The translations under genes and the position numbers were made by a program. Under the pieces are notes generated by a model. The model was not told where the DNA came from and did no database searches. It saw nothing but the letters and a program-made list of their open reading frames with translations. A DNA stretch of 64,000 nucleotides, from positions 758 to 64,757 of the forward strand of contig JAHWJP010000002.1 of assembly GCA_019348355.1 (NCBI GenBank), read 5' to 3'. Shown here one piece after another: positions 46,741-60,132 of the stretch. The stretch comes from Actinomycetota bacterium (GTDB taxonomy: Bacteria; Actinomycetota; Actinomycetes; Mycobacteriales; SCTD01). Position 1 is the first letter of the stretch; every line of letters begins with the position of its first letter.

Positions 46741-48030
46741 ATGCAGTCCTGGCCCGCCGCTGCCGTACCCGTTCTCGGCGGCGCCGCCGACGAGGTGCCG
46801 CTACGCGTGCACGACACCGCGACCGGCGGGCGGCTCGAGGTCCGGCCCAGCGGCCCGACCGCCCGGCTCTACGTGTGCGGCATCACGCCGTACGACGCGA
46901 CCCACCTGGGTCACGCCGCCACCTACCTGGCCTTCGACACGCTCGTTCGCGTCTGGCGCGACCGGGGCTTCGCCGTCGACTACGTCCAGAACGTCACTGA
47001 CATCGACGACCCGCTTCTCGAGCGGGCAGCGCGGGACGGGGCCGACTGGACGCTCGTCGCACAGCGGGAGACCGAGCTGTTCCGGGCGGACATGACGGCC
47101 CTGCGGGTGCTGCCGCCGACCCACTACGTCGGTGCCGTCGAGGCGATGGACGAGATCGCCGCCTTCGTCGTGGCGTTGCTCGAGGCCGGCGCCGCCTACC
47201 GGGTGACGGCGCCGGCGGGGGGTGAGGACGTCTACTTCTCGGTCGACGCCGCGCCGCACTTCGGTTCGGTGGCGCGCCTGCCGGGCGACATGATGCTGAC
47301 CCTGTTCGCGGAGCGCGGCGGTGACCCCGAGCGGACCGGCAAGAAGCACCCGCTCGATCCGCTGCTCTGGCTTGCGGCGCGTTCTGGCGAGCCCTCGTGG
47401 TCCTCCCCGCTCGGCCCCGGACGGCCGGGATGGCACGTCGAGTGTGCCGCCATTGCGCTGAACCGGCTGGGCCTGCGGCACGACGTCCAGGGGGGCGGGT
47501 CCGACCTTGCCTTCCCGCACCACGAGATGTCCGCGGCGCACGCCGAGATCGGCACCGGGACGTGGCCCTACGCCGGGGCGTACGTCCACGCCGGCATGGT
47601 CGGGCTCGACGGCGAGAAGATGAGCAAGTCGCGGGGCAACCTCGTGTTCGTGTCCCGGCTGTTGGCAGCCGGGGTCGAGGCCGGGGCGTTGCGGTTGGCC
47701 CTGCTGGGCGCCCACTACCGCAGCGACCGGGAATGGACCGACCGCGTGCTCGAGACCGGGCAGCAGCGGTTCGCCGCCTGGCGGGACGGGGTCTCGCGGG
47801 CCGCTGGCGCGTCCGGCACCGCTACCCTCGCCGCGATGCGCCGCGCGCTTGCCGACGACCTCGACACGCCCGCCGCGCTGGCGATCGTGGACCAGTGGTG
47901 CGCCGTTCCTGGCGACGACCCGGCCGCGCCGGCGCTCCTGCGGGACGCCATCGACACGCTGATGGGGGTGTCGATCGAGGTTGTCCACAGATCTGCGCCG
48001 ACCTCCCCGCTCAGGGGTTCGGCTGTCTAG
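46741..48030 (+). CDS. mshC: Cysteine:1D-myo-inosityl 2-amino-2-deoxy-glucopyranoside ligase
   Basis: [40 protein letters not shown]; short, with no anticodon domain. Confidence 0.96.
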   Translation: MQSWPAAAVPVLGGAADEVPLRVHDTATGGRLEVRPSGPTARLYVCGITPYDATHLGHAATYLAFDTLVRVWRDRGFAVDYVQNVTDIDDPLLERAARDGADWTLVAQRETELFRADMTALRVLPPTHYVGAVEAMDEIAAFVVALLEAGAAYRVTAPAGGEDVYFSVDAAPHFGSVARLPGDMMLTLFAERGGDPERTGKKHPLDPLLWLAARSGEPSWSSPLGPGRPGWHVECAAIALNRLGLRHDVQGGGSDLAFPHHEMSAAHAEIGTGTWPYAGAYVHAGMVGLDGEKMSKSRGNLVFVSRLLAAGVEAGALRLALLGAHYRSDREWTDRVLETGQQRFAAWRDGVSRAAGASGTATLAAMRRALADDLDTPAALAIVDQWCAVPGDDPAAPALLRDAIDTLMGVSIEVVHRSAPTSPLRGSAV

Positions 48031-48033
48031 CGT
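47981..48033 (+). promoter_or_regulatory. DnaA-box TTGTCCACA plus -10 TAGCGT upstream of the WXG100 gene
   Basis: Exact 9-mer at 47981-47989; TAGCGT at 48028-48033. Confidence 0.5.
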
Positions 48034-48081
48034 CTGAGGGGTCGGCCGGAGCGGCCGCATCGTCAGCAGAGGGAGCGAGAC

Positions 48082-48372
48082 ATGAGCGGCATCAAGGTCA
48101 CCCCGGAGCAGCTGCAGGCCCTGTCCGGACAGGTCTCGCGCGGGTCGGGCGAGATCGACGGGCAGCTGCGTGGGCTCGGCAACACCGTCGCCCCGCTGGT
48201 CGGCGGCGACTGGGCCGGTGCGGCGCAGCAGCGTTTCACCGCCCTGTGGGACGAATGGCAGCGCTCCGCCCAGGGGCTCAAGCACGCGCTGGACGGGATC
48301 AGCCAGCTGATGAACCAGGCGGGCACGGCCTACGCCGACGCCGAGATGCAGATCGCCGGCAGCTTCCGCTGA
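48082..48372 (+). CDS. WXG100 family (ESAT-6-like) type VII secretion substrate
   Basis: 96 aa; IKVTPEQL, central WAG, C-terminal YADAE (YxxxE); GGGAG RBS. Confidence 0.93.
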   Translation: MSGIKVTPEQLQALSGQVSRGSGEIDGQLRGLGNTVAPLVGGDWAGAAQQRFTALWDEWQRSAQGLKHALDGISQLMNQAGTAYADAEMQIAGSFR

Positions 48373-48393
48373 GGCCAGTACGAACGGCACGCG

Positions 48394-49245
48394 TCAGCCG
48401 GTCGGTTCGTCGCCGCCGCGCTTGAGGTAGCGCTCGAACTCCTTGGCGATCGCCTCACCGGAGGCCTCGGGCAGGTCCTCCTCCGGCTCGCGGTCCTCGA
48501 GCGAGGCGATGTAGTCCCGCACCTCGGTGTCATCGGCGGCGAGCTCGTCGACCGAGCGCTCCCAGGCGCGGGCCTGGTCCGGCAGCTCGCCCAGCGGCAC
48601 CGGCAGGTCCAGCAGGTCCTCGACCTTGCGCAGCAGGGCCAGCGTGGCCTTCGGGCACGGCGGTGAGGACACGTAGTGCGGCACGGCGGCCCAGAAGCTG
48701 ACGGCCGGCAGGCCGCTCTGGACGCAGTGGTCCTGAAAGACCCCGACGATGCCGGTCGGGCCCTCGTAGCGGCTTCGTTCCATCCCGAGGGCGTCCGTGG
48801 TCTGCGGGTCCGAGGCGGTGCCGCTCACGGGGACCGGTCGCGTGTGCGGGCTGTCTGCGAGCAGCGCGCCGAGCGTCACGACGAGCTCGGTGCCGAGCCC
48901 GTTGGCGAGTCCCAGCAGCTCCTGGCAGAAGCCGCGCCAGCGCATGTTCGGCTCCAGCCCGCGTACCAGCACGACATCCCGGCTCGCGCCGGGCGGGCTG
49001 CACACCGACAGCCGGGTGGTCGGCCAGCTGATCCGGCGGGTGACGCCGTCGACCAGCGACACCGTCGGCCGGTTGACCTGGAAGTCGTAGTAGTCGTCGG
49101 GGTCGAGCGCGGCGACCTTGTGGGCGTCCCAGGCCTGCTCCAGGTGCTCGACCGCCCCGGTCGCGGCGTCCCCCGCGTCGTTCCAGCCCTCGAAGGCCGC
49201 GATGAGCACCGGCCGGCGCAGGGGAGGGCGGTCGTGGCTGGTCAT
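48394..49245 (-). CDS. PAC2 (proteasome assembly chaperone) family protein
   Basis: AAFEGWNDAG.AA, YYDFQVNRP, PHTRP, YEGPTGI, WAAVPHY, EFERYL. Confidence 0.94.
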   Translation of the reverse strand: MTSHDRPPLRRPVLIAAFEGWNDAGDAATGAVEHLEQAWDAHKVAALDPDDYYDFQVNRPTVSLVDGVTRRISWPTTRLSVCSPPGASRDVVLVRGLEPNMRWRGFCQELLGLANGLGTELVVTLGALLADSPHTRPVPVSGTASDPQTTDALGMERSRYEGPTGIVGVFQDHCVQSGLPAVSFWAAVPHYVSSPPCPKATLALLRKVEDLLDLPVPLGELPDQARAWERSVDELAADDTEVRDYIASLEDREPEEDLPEASGEAIAKEFERYLKRGGDEPTG

Positions 49246-50156
49246 GCGGGGGTCCCTGCCCCGGGCGCGGCTGTCCGCACCTCGTCGACGGCGGCGCGGA
49301 TCAGACCGGCGACCAGGGCGGGCCACTGCAGCGGTACGTCGTGAACCGCTCCCGCCCAGCGCAGCAGTCGGGGGCTGGCCAGCGAACCAGCCGCCCGGTC
49401 CAGCGCCGCCGCCTTCGCGACCGACCACTCGTCGACCCCTCCCACCGGCTCGCACGACACCAGCCAGGCCGGGCAGCGCACCGCGGCCAAACGGCCCTGC
49501 TCGTCGTCGTCGAGCAGGTCATCGACGATCGCCATGTGCGCCTCGAACGGCAGGCGCGCCCGCACCAGGCCGTCGGGGCCGGTGCCGAACAGCGGCAGGA
49601 CAGCGGCTTCCACCGCCGGGCTCCACCACGACGCCAGAGCCCCGGCCCGCAGACGTTCGCGCAGCTCGGCCTCCGGGACCGCGAACTGCGGCGGGGTGAG
49701 CCGTTCCCGCGCCTGCTCGCGGGTGCCGCCCGCGCTGCGGGCTGTGCCGAGCCCCCCGTCGAGGGCGACGACGGCGAGGACCCGCTCCGGGGCCACAGCC
49801 GCGAGGCGCAGCGCGACGGAGGCGCCCCAGGAGTGGCCGGCGACCACGACGCGGGACAGCCCGAGCGCGTCCAGTGCCAGCAGCGCATCGGCCGAGACCG
49901 TGGCGCCGTCGTACGGCCCGACCGGGCGTTCGCTGTCACCGTGCCCGCGCTGGTCGAGCGCGATCACGGGCAGCCCGGCGAGGCCTGGGACGACCAGATC
50001 CCAGAACCGGCGCGAGGACGCGAGCCCGTGCAGGAGCAGGACGGGCGGTCCGGCCCCCGGCCAGCGGGTCGCCCGCAGGCGCACGTCACGTCCGGGCAGG
50101 TCGAGGTCCAGCCCGCCGGCGACCGGCGGGTGCGCCAGCAACGGCCCCATGCTCAT
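49242..50156 (-). CDS. Alpha/beta hydrolase
   Basis: LHGL, DQRGHG, GHSWGA, HDVPLQ.P. Confidence 0.9.
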   Translation of the reverse strand: MSMGPLLAHPPVAGGLDLDLPGRDVRLRATRWPGAGPPVLLLHGLASSRRFWDLVVPGLAGLPVIALDQRGHGDSERPVGPYDGATVSADALLALDALGLSRVVVAGHSWGASVALRLAAVAPERVLAVVALDGGLGTARSAGGTREQARERLTPPQFAVPEAELRERLRAGALASWWSPAVEAAVLPLFGTGPDGLVRARLPFEAHMAIVDDLLDDDEQGRLAAVRCPAWLVSCEPVGGVDEWSVAKAAALDRAAGSLASPRLLRWAGAVHDVPLQWPALVAGLIRAAVDEVRTAAPGAGTPA

Positions 50157-50164
50157 CCCGCGCG

Positions 50165-50206
50165 CCTATGCAAACTGCCCCTGAGGTCAGGGGCAGTTTG
50201 CATAGG
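50165..50206. repeat. Perfect 20-bp inverted repeat (REP-like or terminator)
   Basis: CCTATGCAAACTGCCCCTGA-gg-TCAGGGGCAGTTTGCATAGG. Confidence 0.85.
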
Positions 50207-50292
50207 GACGCCGGTGACGCCTCTGGCCCTGGCCCTGGCCAACGCAGGGCCCGGACCGGCTCGTCCACTTCCCGGGGACACAGCGGGTGAGC

Positions 50293-50757
50293 TCACCTCT
50301 TCGCGCGCCCGGTGGTGTGGACGATGAGCACGTCACAGCTGGCCCGGTGGCTGATGTTGGCGGGCACCGATCCGAGCAGCCGGCCGGCGAGGCTGTTCAG
50401 CCCCCGGTTGCCCACCACGACCAGGTCGACGCCCCGCTGGTCGGCCACTCGCACCAGCTCGTCCACCGGATCGCCCTCGACGGCGACGGTCTCGATGTCG
50501 TCAAGCCCCGAGCTGCGGGCCCGGTCGGCGGCGTCACGCAGCACATCCTCAGCCGGTGTCGACCCCGAGACCTTGTAGGCCTCACCGCCGAGGACGTCCT
50601 GCGCGTCCTGCACCTCGCGGGCCGACATCGGCCGGTAGGCGCAGGCCAGCAGCAGCTTCGCCCCGGCGTCCCGGGCGACATCGGCCGCCCGGTCCACGGC
50701 CCGAAAGGACGACTCCGACCCGTCGGTGCCGGCAAGGACCGTGGTGTAGCCGCTCAC
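50293..50757 (-). CDS. Universal stress protein
   Basis: GTDGSESS, VVGNRG..S..GRLLGSV, CDVLIV. Confidence 0.94.
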   Translation of the reverse strand: MSGYTTVLAGTDGSESSFRAVDRAADVARDAGAKLLLACAYRPMSAREVQDAQDVLGGEAYKVSGSTPAEDVLRDAADRARSSGLDDIETVAVEGDPVDELVRVADQRGVDLVVVGNRGLNSLAGRLLGSVPANISHRASCDVLIVHTTGRAKR

Positions 50758-50851
50758 GTGTGCTCCTCGTCGGGCCGACAGGTTGGCGCAACCTACCTTT
50801 TCGGGGCCGGTCCCGGACCGAGGTCGGCGATGCCGCCGGTAGGCTCCCCGC

Positions 50852-54421
<3,570 letters not shown>

Positions 54422-54433
54422 CGCTGGAGGTGG

Positions 54434-56335
54434 CTACGTCCCGGCGGGCGAGCTCCAGAACGAGCGGATCCGCTCCGCCAGTCCGGTCCGCGGGGCCGCC
54501 ACGCGGACGTTCACGTCCCGGATTTCAGTGAAGCGTTCCTCGAAGGCGACCCCGCCCTCGGTCCACTTCCCGTCGTTGCCGGACTCGACCTCGACTCCGG
54601 GAGCCCCGCTCACCGTCACCTGCACGCTGGCATCCCTGGCCAGCGGCTGCGGGACCAGGCGGAGCCGGTAGCTGCGTCCGTCGAGCGGTACGCGGTAGCG
54701 CAACTCCCACGTGGCGGACGCATTGCGGTCCAGCTCCGTGACCGTGCGGACGACTCTGGCGCCCAGCTCGCTCGAAACGCTGCCGGTTTGGGTCTGCCCG
54801 TCCTTGGTCAGGCTCTGCAGCTCGGCGTTGCCGTGCGCGTAAAGGCTGACCAGCTCGGTCACCCTGCCGGGCACGGTGAAGCCTGCGACGTACGGTCCGA
54901 GGCCTTCCGGGGCGGTGTTCGCCAGCTCCAGGCGCTGGGTGACATCGGCGGTGCCGTCCGGACCGAGAACGGTCGAGATGCTGAGCTTGCGGCGTACGTA
55001 GTAGTCGAGCTTGTTGCCCTCGCCCGGACCGCCGCCCTGCAGGTGCGCCGGACCGCCCAGGTTGTGCACCGTCACCATCGACACGTCCCCGCCCTCGGTG
55101 TCGACGACGCCGGCCGCGCCGGCCTCCACCAGGAGCGCCTGCTCGGCAGGGTTGGCCGACCACAGCGTCAGGTGGCGCCCCTCCACAGCCGCGGTCAGCT
55201 GGCGTACGAGGGCCTCGGGAGCGGATTCACCCGCGAGAACCCGACGCAGGGCGACGTCTGCCGCCGCCCGCAGCTCGCGCCGCCGCTCCAGTCCGGAGAA
55301 CTCCAGGCCCTCGTAGCTGCGGACGTAGAGTTCGTCGGCCAGTTGCTCCGCCGTCAGCTGGGTCCCGTCCTCCAAGGCCACGCTCCCGAGAGTGGCGGCG
55401 ATGCTGGTCATCGCCCGGACGTCGAGAGACAGCACCACGTCCACGTTGCGTCCCAATGAGCTGCTGGCCACCGCCGCGAGCACGGAGTTCGACGACGGAC
55501 CGTCCGGCGACATGTTGGCGTTCTTCCACAGCGTGGTGTTCGCGAGGAACGGCCCGTACTGCTCGACGTACTCCGGACTAGCAGTGACCCGCTGCACCTC
55601 CTCGGGGGGGTCGGCAACGTCGATGACGTCCCGGAACGGCTCGAGCACCAGGGCACCCTGTTGAGCCGTCCCCACGGTGAAGGTGGAGATGAGGCCGCCG
55701 GTGCCCCGGAGCTCGGCGTTGTTCTGGAGCACCACGAGCACCGTGCGCGTCTGGTCGGCACCGAGAATCCCCGGAAGGGCTTCGGTCAGCGCAGCGGCCC
55801 TGGCGGCCTTGGCATCGGCACCGAGCAACTCACCCTGCGCCTCACGGACCCTGCGGGCGACGGGGCCAGGCAGCAACGTGGGGTCCACCTCGGCCAGCCG
55901 CTGCAACGGGGGGCCCATCGCGAGAGCGGCGGCGTCGAGAACCTGCTGAAACTCGCGGACGGCCTCAAGATCGAGCTTGCCGTCCCGCACCAGCTCCTTC
56001 TGGTCGAGCACCCGAGCGGCCGACCGTGCGCTGCCGATGGTGGCTGCGCCGCTTTCAGCGACGATGCGTGCGGCTCGGGTGGTCCTGCCTACGACGGGGA
56101 GAGCCTGGGACAGCAGGGGCCCGGGTTGGCGTAGCAAGCCCTCGGCGTGTTCGGCCAACCCCTCCGCCTGGGCCAGCGCCGCCAGGTCCGCCCGCCCCTG
56201 CGTGGTCGACAACAGGTCCCGCGCGCGGGAGAGGTCGCGAGCTGCCATCGCGCCTACGACCGCGGTCCAGGCCAGCACGACGCAGAGCACAGCGAGGGCT
56301 GCCGCCACGATTCGGCCGGCCAGCCGAGTGGTCAT
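54434..56335 (-). CDS. DUF4012 domain protein (polysaccharide-locus associated)
   Basis: N-terminal TM, QNNAELRGTGG, NMSPD.P, GNKLDYY, QPL. Confidence 0.88.
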   Translation of the reverse strand: MTTRLAGRIVAAALAVLCVVLAWTAVVGAMAARDLSRARDLLSTTQGRADLAALAQAEGLAEHAEGLLRQPGPLLSQALPVVGRTTRAARIVAESGAATIGSARSAARVLDQKELVRDGKLDLEAVREFQQVLDAAALAMGPPLQRLAEVDPTLLPGPVARRVREAQGELLGADAKAARAAALTEALPGILGADQTRTVLVVLQNNAELRGTGGLISTFTVGTAQQGALVLEPFRDVIDVADPPEEVQRVTASPEYVEQYGPFLANTTLWKNANMSPDGPSSNSVLAAVASSSLGRNVDVVLSLDVRAMTSIAATLGSVALEDGTQLTAEQLADELYVRSYEGLEFSGLERRRELRAAADVALRRVLAGESAPEALVRQLTAAVEGRHLTLWSANPAEQALLVEAGAAGVVDTEGGDVSMVTVHNLGGPAHLQGGGPGEGNKLDYYVRRKLSISTVLGPDGTADVTQRLELANTAPEGLGPYVAGFTVPGRVTELVSLYAHGNAELQSLTKDGQTQTGSVSSELGARVVRTVTELDRNASATWELRYRVPLDGRSYRLRLVPQPLARDASVQVTVSGAPGVEVESGNDGKWTEGGVAFEERFTEIRDVNVRVAAPRTGLAERIRSFWSSPAGT

Positions 56336-56527
56336 CGGCTCACTCTACGCGCAGCGTCGGTGCATGCACGGTGAGCGATCCGTCTCAATGTGAAGTAGTC
56401 GCGCGCCCATAATGCGCGGTATGTCCAGGTGTCATCTAAAATGGCCTCGATCCACTAGCGCCCGGGGGAGAACCCGCATCGGTGCTGACTCGTTGAGAGC
56501 GGTGACCAACGTAATGGGGGAGCGATC

Positions 56528-57559
56528 ATGCGCGTCGGGGTCGTCGGCTGTGGCTACTGGGGGTCGAAGCACGTCCGGGTGCTCTCGACGAACCCGGCCG
56601 TCGAACAGGTCGTCGTCATCGACCCGCGCCACGAGCGTCGACAGGATCTGCTACGCGCCTTCCCCGGGGCCGCTTCCGCAGCCAGCCTCACGGAGGCGCT
56701 GCCCATGGTCGACGCACTGGTCATCGCGACACCGCCCGCCTCGCACGCTGACCTGGGCCTGCGGGCCATAGCAGCTGGGAAGCACGTACTGGTCGAGAAG
56801 CCCATGGCCACGACGGTGGCGGACGCACGGCGCCTGATAGAGGCCGCGCAGGCGGCCGGCGTGGTCCTCATGGCTGGCCACACCTTCGAGTACAACGCCG
56901 CCGTTTGGGCCCTGCGCGACGCTGTCCGCAGCGGCGATCTAGGCGAGGTCTACTACATGGACAGTGCGCGGCTCAACCTCGGTCTTTACCAGAGCGACAT
57001 CAACGTCGTCTGGGATCTGGCACCTCACGACATCTCGATCTTCAACCACATCCTCGGCACGTCGCCCGACTCCGTCTCGGCGTGGGGCGGATCGCATGCT
57101 CACCGCTACCTGGAGGACGTGGCGTACGTGCGCCTCAGCTACAAGGAGTCCGATGTCGCCGCTCAACTGCACGTAAGCTGGCTCGATCCCTGCAAGGTCC
57201 GCCGGGTGACGGTGGTGGGGTCCCGGCAGATGGCCGTCTACAACGACATGTCGAGCGAGGAGAAACTCCGCATCTACGACAAGGGGGTCTCCTCAGGCGA
57301 AAAGGCTGCACAGCTGGCTTCCGGGGAGGCCATGCATGACATCCCGATCACATACCGTTACGGTGGTATTCACTCTCCGTATCTTCCCGTGCAGGAGCCA
57401 CTCGCCGTGCAGAATCAGCACTTCACAGACTGCATCGCCGCGGCCCGCGTGCCGGACACGGACGGCAAGGCCGGCCTCGCCGTCGTGCAAGTGCTCACAG
57501 CAACCGATCTCTCGCTCCGCGAGCGTCGCCCGGTCTTGCTCGCCGAGGTAGAGCGTTGA
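56528..57559 (+). CDS. Gfo/Idh/MocA oxidoreductase (NDP-sugar 3-dehydrogenase-like)
   Basis: GCGYWG, VEKP, WDLAPHD, SWLDPCK. Confidence 0.92.
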   Translation: MRVGVVGCGYWGSKHVRVLSTNPAVEQVVVIDPRHERRQDLLRAFPGAASAASLTEALPMVDALVIATPPASHADLGLRAIAAGKHVLVEKPMATTVADARRLIEAAQAAGVVLMAGHTFEYNAAVWALRDAVRSGDLGEVYYMDSARLNLGLYQSDINVVWDLAPHDISIFNHILGTSPDSVSAWGGSHAHRYLEDVAYVRLSYKESDVAAQLHVSWLDPCKVRRVTVVGSRQMAVYNDMSSEEKLRIYDKGVSSGEKAAQLASGEAMHDIPITYRYGGIHSPYLPVQEPLAVQNQHFTDCIAAARVPDTDGKAGLAVVQVLTATDLSLRERRPVLLAEVER

Positions 57560-57596
57560 CCGTGTCGTTCCGTGTCGCCCCGACGAAAGGGGTCCG

Positions 57597-58724
57597 ATGA
57601 CCCCCGCCGTGCCGTTCCTCGACCTCTCGGCCGCTCACGAGCCGATCACCGAGGAGATCGTGCTCGCCTGGCGGCAGATCCTGACGACGTCCTCGTTCAT
57701 CGGGGGCTCCTACGTCGAGGGCTTCGAGCAGGAGTGGGCGGCGTATTGCCAGGTGTCGTCCGCCGTCGGCGTCGCCAACGGGACCGACGCGCTCGTCCTC
57801 GCGCTGCGCGGTCTGGGCGTGGGTCCGGGCGACGAGGTCGTGCTGCCGGCCAACACCTTCGTGGCCACGGCGGAAGCGGTCGTTCTCGCCGGCGCCGTGC
57901 CGCGCTTCGTGGACGTTGACCCCCACACGCTCCTGCTGACCAAGACACAGGTTGAAGGCGCCGTGACCGATCGCACGGCCGCCGTCATCGCCGTTCACCT
58001 GTTCGGACAGATGTGCGACATGGATGCGCTGGCCGAGGTCTGCCGCCGCTCGGGGCTCGCCTTGATCGAGGACGCGGCCCAGGCCCACGGGGCGACGTGG
58101 CGCGGCCGCCGTGCCGGCTCGGCCGGCGACGTCGGATGCTTCAGTTTCTACCCCGGCAAGAACCTCGGCGCGCTGGGAGACGGTGGAGCGGTGGTGACCG
58201 ACGACGCCGCTCTGGCCGAGCGGATCCGCTCACTCGCGGACCATGGCCGGCGGATAGGGGCGAAGTACGTCCATGACGTGGTCGGCACCAACAGCCGGCT
58301 CGACAACATGCAGGCGGCAGCGTTGCAGATCAAGCTGCCCCACCTCGACGGCTGGAACGCGGCACGCCGGACGGCGATGCGCTGGTACGCCGAGGAGCTG
58401 CAGGGACTCGACGCCGATCTCGTCGGGATCGCCCCGCAGGCCGAGAGCGTGCACCACCTGGCCGCGGTCCTCGTTCCGCAGCGTGTCGAGGTGGCGGCCG
58501 TGCTCGCCGGCGAGGGAGTGGCCTCGGGCGTGCACTACCCCATCCCCTGCCATCGTCAGGTCGCCTACGCGCGGTATGCGACGCACGACCTGCCGGTGTG
58601 CGAGGACGCCGCAGCGCGGCTGCTGTCGCTGCCGCTCTTCCCGACCATCACCCGGGAGCAAGTCGGTCGTGTCGGCGAGGCACTACGGGCGGCGCTGCCG
58701 GCAGAGGTACGCCGTGCCAGCTGA
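57597..58724 (+). CDS. DegT/DnrJ/EryC1/StrS aminotransferase
   Basis: NGTDAL, IEDAAQAHGA, SFYPGKNLGALGDGG. Confidence 0.95.
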   Translation: MTPAVPFLDLSAAHEPITEEIVLAWRQILTTSSFIGGSYVEGFEQEWAAYCQVSSAVGVANGTDALVLALRGLGVGPGDEVVLPANTFVATAEAVVLAGAVPRFVDVDPHTLLLTKTQVEGAVTDRTAAVIAVHLFGQMCDMDALAEVCRRSGLALIEDAAQAHGATWRGRRAGSAGDVGCFSFYPGKNLGALGDGGAVVTDDAALAERIRSLADHGRRIGAKYVHDVVGTNSRLDNMQAAALQIKLPHLDGWNAARRTAMRWYAEELQGLDADLVGIAPQAESVHHLAAVLVPQRVEVAAVLAGEGVASGVHYPIPCHRQVAYARYATHDLPVCEDAAARLLSLPLFPTITREQVGRVGEALRAALPAEVRRAS

Positions 58725-59349
58725 GTGCCTCGGCGGTGCAGACCTCGTGGCCGACGACGACGTCCGGGTCGGCTACCGGGCGGACCGTCCGGTCGACGAG
58801 CCGCTGCACCTGGGTCCTGCCGCCCGGCTGCGCAGCGGCACGGTCCTGTACGCCGGCTCGAGGATCGGTGCGCGCTTCAGCACCGGTCACCACGTCGTCA
58901 TCCGCGAGCAGTCCACGATCGGGGACGACGTCAGCGTGTGGAGCAACAGCGTGGTCGACTACGGCTGCCGGATCGGCAACCGCGTCAAGATCCACACCGG
59001 CTGCTACGTGGCGCAGTTCAGCGAGATCGAGGACGACGCGTTCCTCGCGCCTGGGGTCTGCTTCGCCAACGACCTCTACCCCGGCTGCGCGGAGTCAGCG
59101 GACGCGATGCGGGGTCCGTCGATCGGAGCGGGCGCTCAGCTCGGCGTCAACGTCACGGTGCTGCCGTACGTCCGGATCGGGGCCGACGCGATCATCGGCG
59201 CGGGCTCGGTGGTCGTGCATGACGTGCCGCCCGGCGTGGTGGCCGTGGGTTCTCCCGCTCGCGCGACCGGGAGTATCCCCGACCGGGCGCGCGTGCAGGC
59301 GCGCCTGGCTGCCGCGCTGGCCGACAGCGCAAAGGACGAACGGCCATGA
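58714..59349 (+). CDS. Hexapeptide-repeat N-acetyltransferase (WbpD/WlbB-like)
   Basis: Hexapeptide repeats, FLAPGV.FAND..P, IGAGSVV.HDVP. Confidence 0.88.
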   Translation: MPAECLGGADLVADDDVRVGYRADRPVDEPLHLGPAARLRSGTVLYAGSRIGARFSTGHHVVIREQSTIGDDVSVWSNSVVDYGCRIGNRVKIHTGCYVAQFSEIEDDAFLAPGVCFANDLYPGCAESADAMRGPSIGAGAQLGVNVTVLPYVRIGADAIIGAGSVVVHDVPPGVVAVGSPARATGSIPDRARVQARLAAALADSAKDERP

Positions 59350-60098
59350 TTCCTCCACGCGGCGGCGCCCGAACGCGTCCCTCTCCGGAGGCGCAGACCC
59401 CATCGGTTCAGGTGTCCGACCTGCTTCTGCCTGCGCCGCAGCCGAACCGGATCGCTCCCGGCCATCGCCGGGGCTACCGGATCGCGAAGCGTGCTCTCGA
59501 CCTGGTCGCGTCGCTGCTGCTCCTGCTCGCCCTGCTGCCGTTGCTGGTCCTGCTCGCGCTGGCTGTGCTCACCACCAGCCCAGGCCCGGTCCTGTTCCGG
59601 CAGGTCCGCGCGGGTCGGCGCGGCGAGCCGTTCGTCATGCTGAAGTTTCGCTCCATGCGGGCCGACTGCGACGACGCCGCCCACCGCGCCTACGTCACCG
59701 CCTTGCTGACCCAGGACGTGCCGCCCGATGGCGGGGAGCCGGGTGTCTACAAGATCGCTTCTGATCCGCGCATCACCCGGGTCGGCGGCCTGATGCGGCG
59801 GACCAGCCTCGACGAGCTGCCGCAGCTGGTCAACGTGCTGCTCGGGCAGATGTCGCTCGTCGGGCCCCGCCCGGCACTGCCGTGGGAGGTCGAGCTGTAT
59901 GAGGCGGTGCACCGGCGCAGGCTGGACGTGCCGCCGGGGCTCACCGGCCTGTGGCAGGTCAGCGGGCGCAACACCCTCACCATGCGTGAGGCGCTCGATC
60001 TGGACGTCGAGTACGCTTCACGCTGCAGTTGGTCGCTGGATCTGCGCATTCTGTACCGCACTCCGGCGGCTCTGCGAGGACGTTCTGGTGCGAGGTAG
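59346..60098 (+). CDS. Priming sugar transferase (phosphoglycosyl transferase)
   Basis: [45 protein letters not shown]. Confidence 0.95.
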   Translation: MIPPRGGARTRPSPEAQTPSVQVSDLLLPAPQPNRIAPGHRRGYRIAKRALDLVASLLLLLALLPLLVLLALAVLTTSPGPVLFRQVRAGRRGEPFVMLKFRSMRADCDDAAHRAYVTALLTQDVPPDGGEPGVYKIASDPRITRVGGLMRRTSLDELPQLVNVLLGQMSLVGPRPALPWEVELYEAVHRRRLDVPPGLTGLWQVSGRNTLTMREALDLDVEYASRCSWSLDLRILYRTPAALRGRSGAR

Positions 60099-60132
60099 TC
60101 CGGCGCCCCAGGATCCACCGGAGGCGGGGAAG

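Noticed and set aside
50758..50851. Possible cobalamin or SAM riboswitch before metH
   Set aside because: The gap is only about 94 bp, metH appears leaderless, and no riboswitch core was seen.
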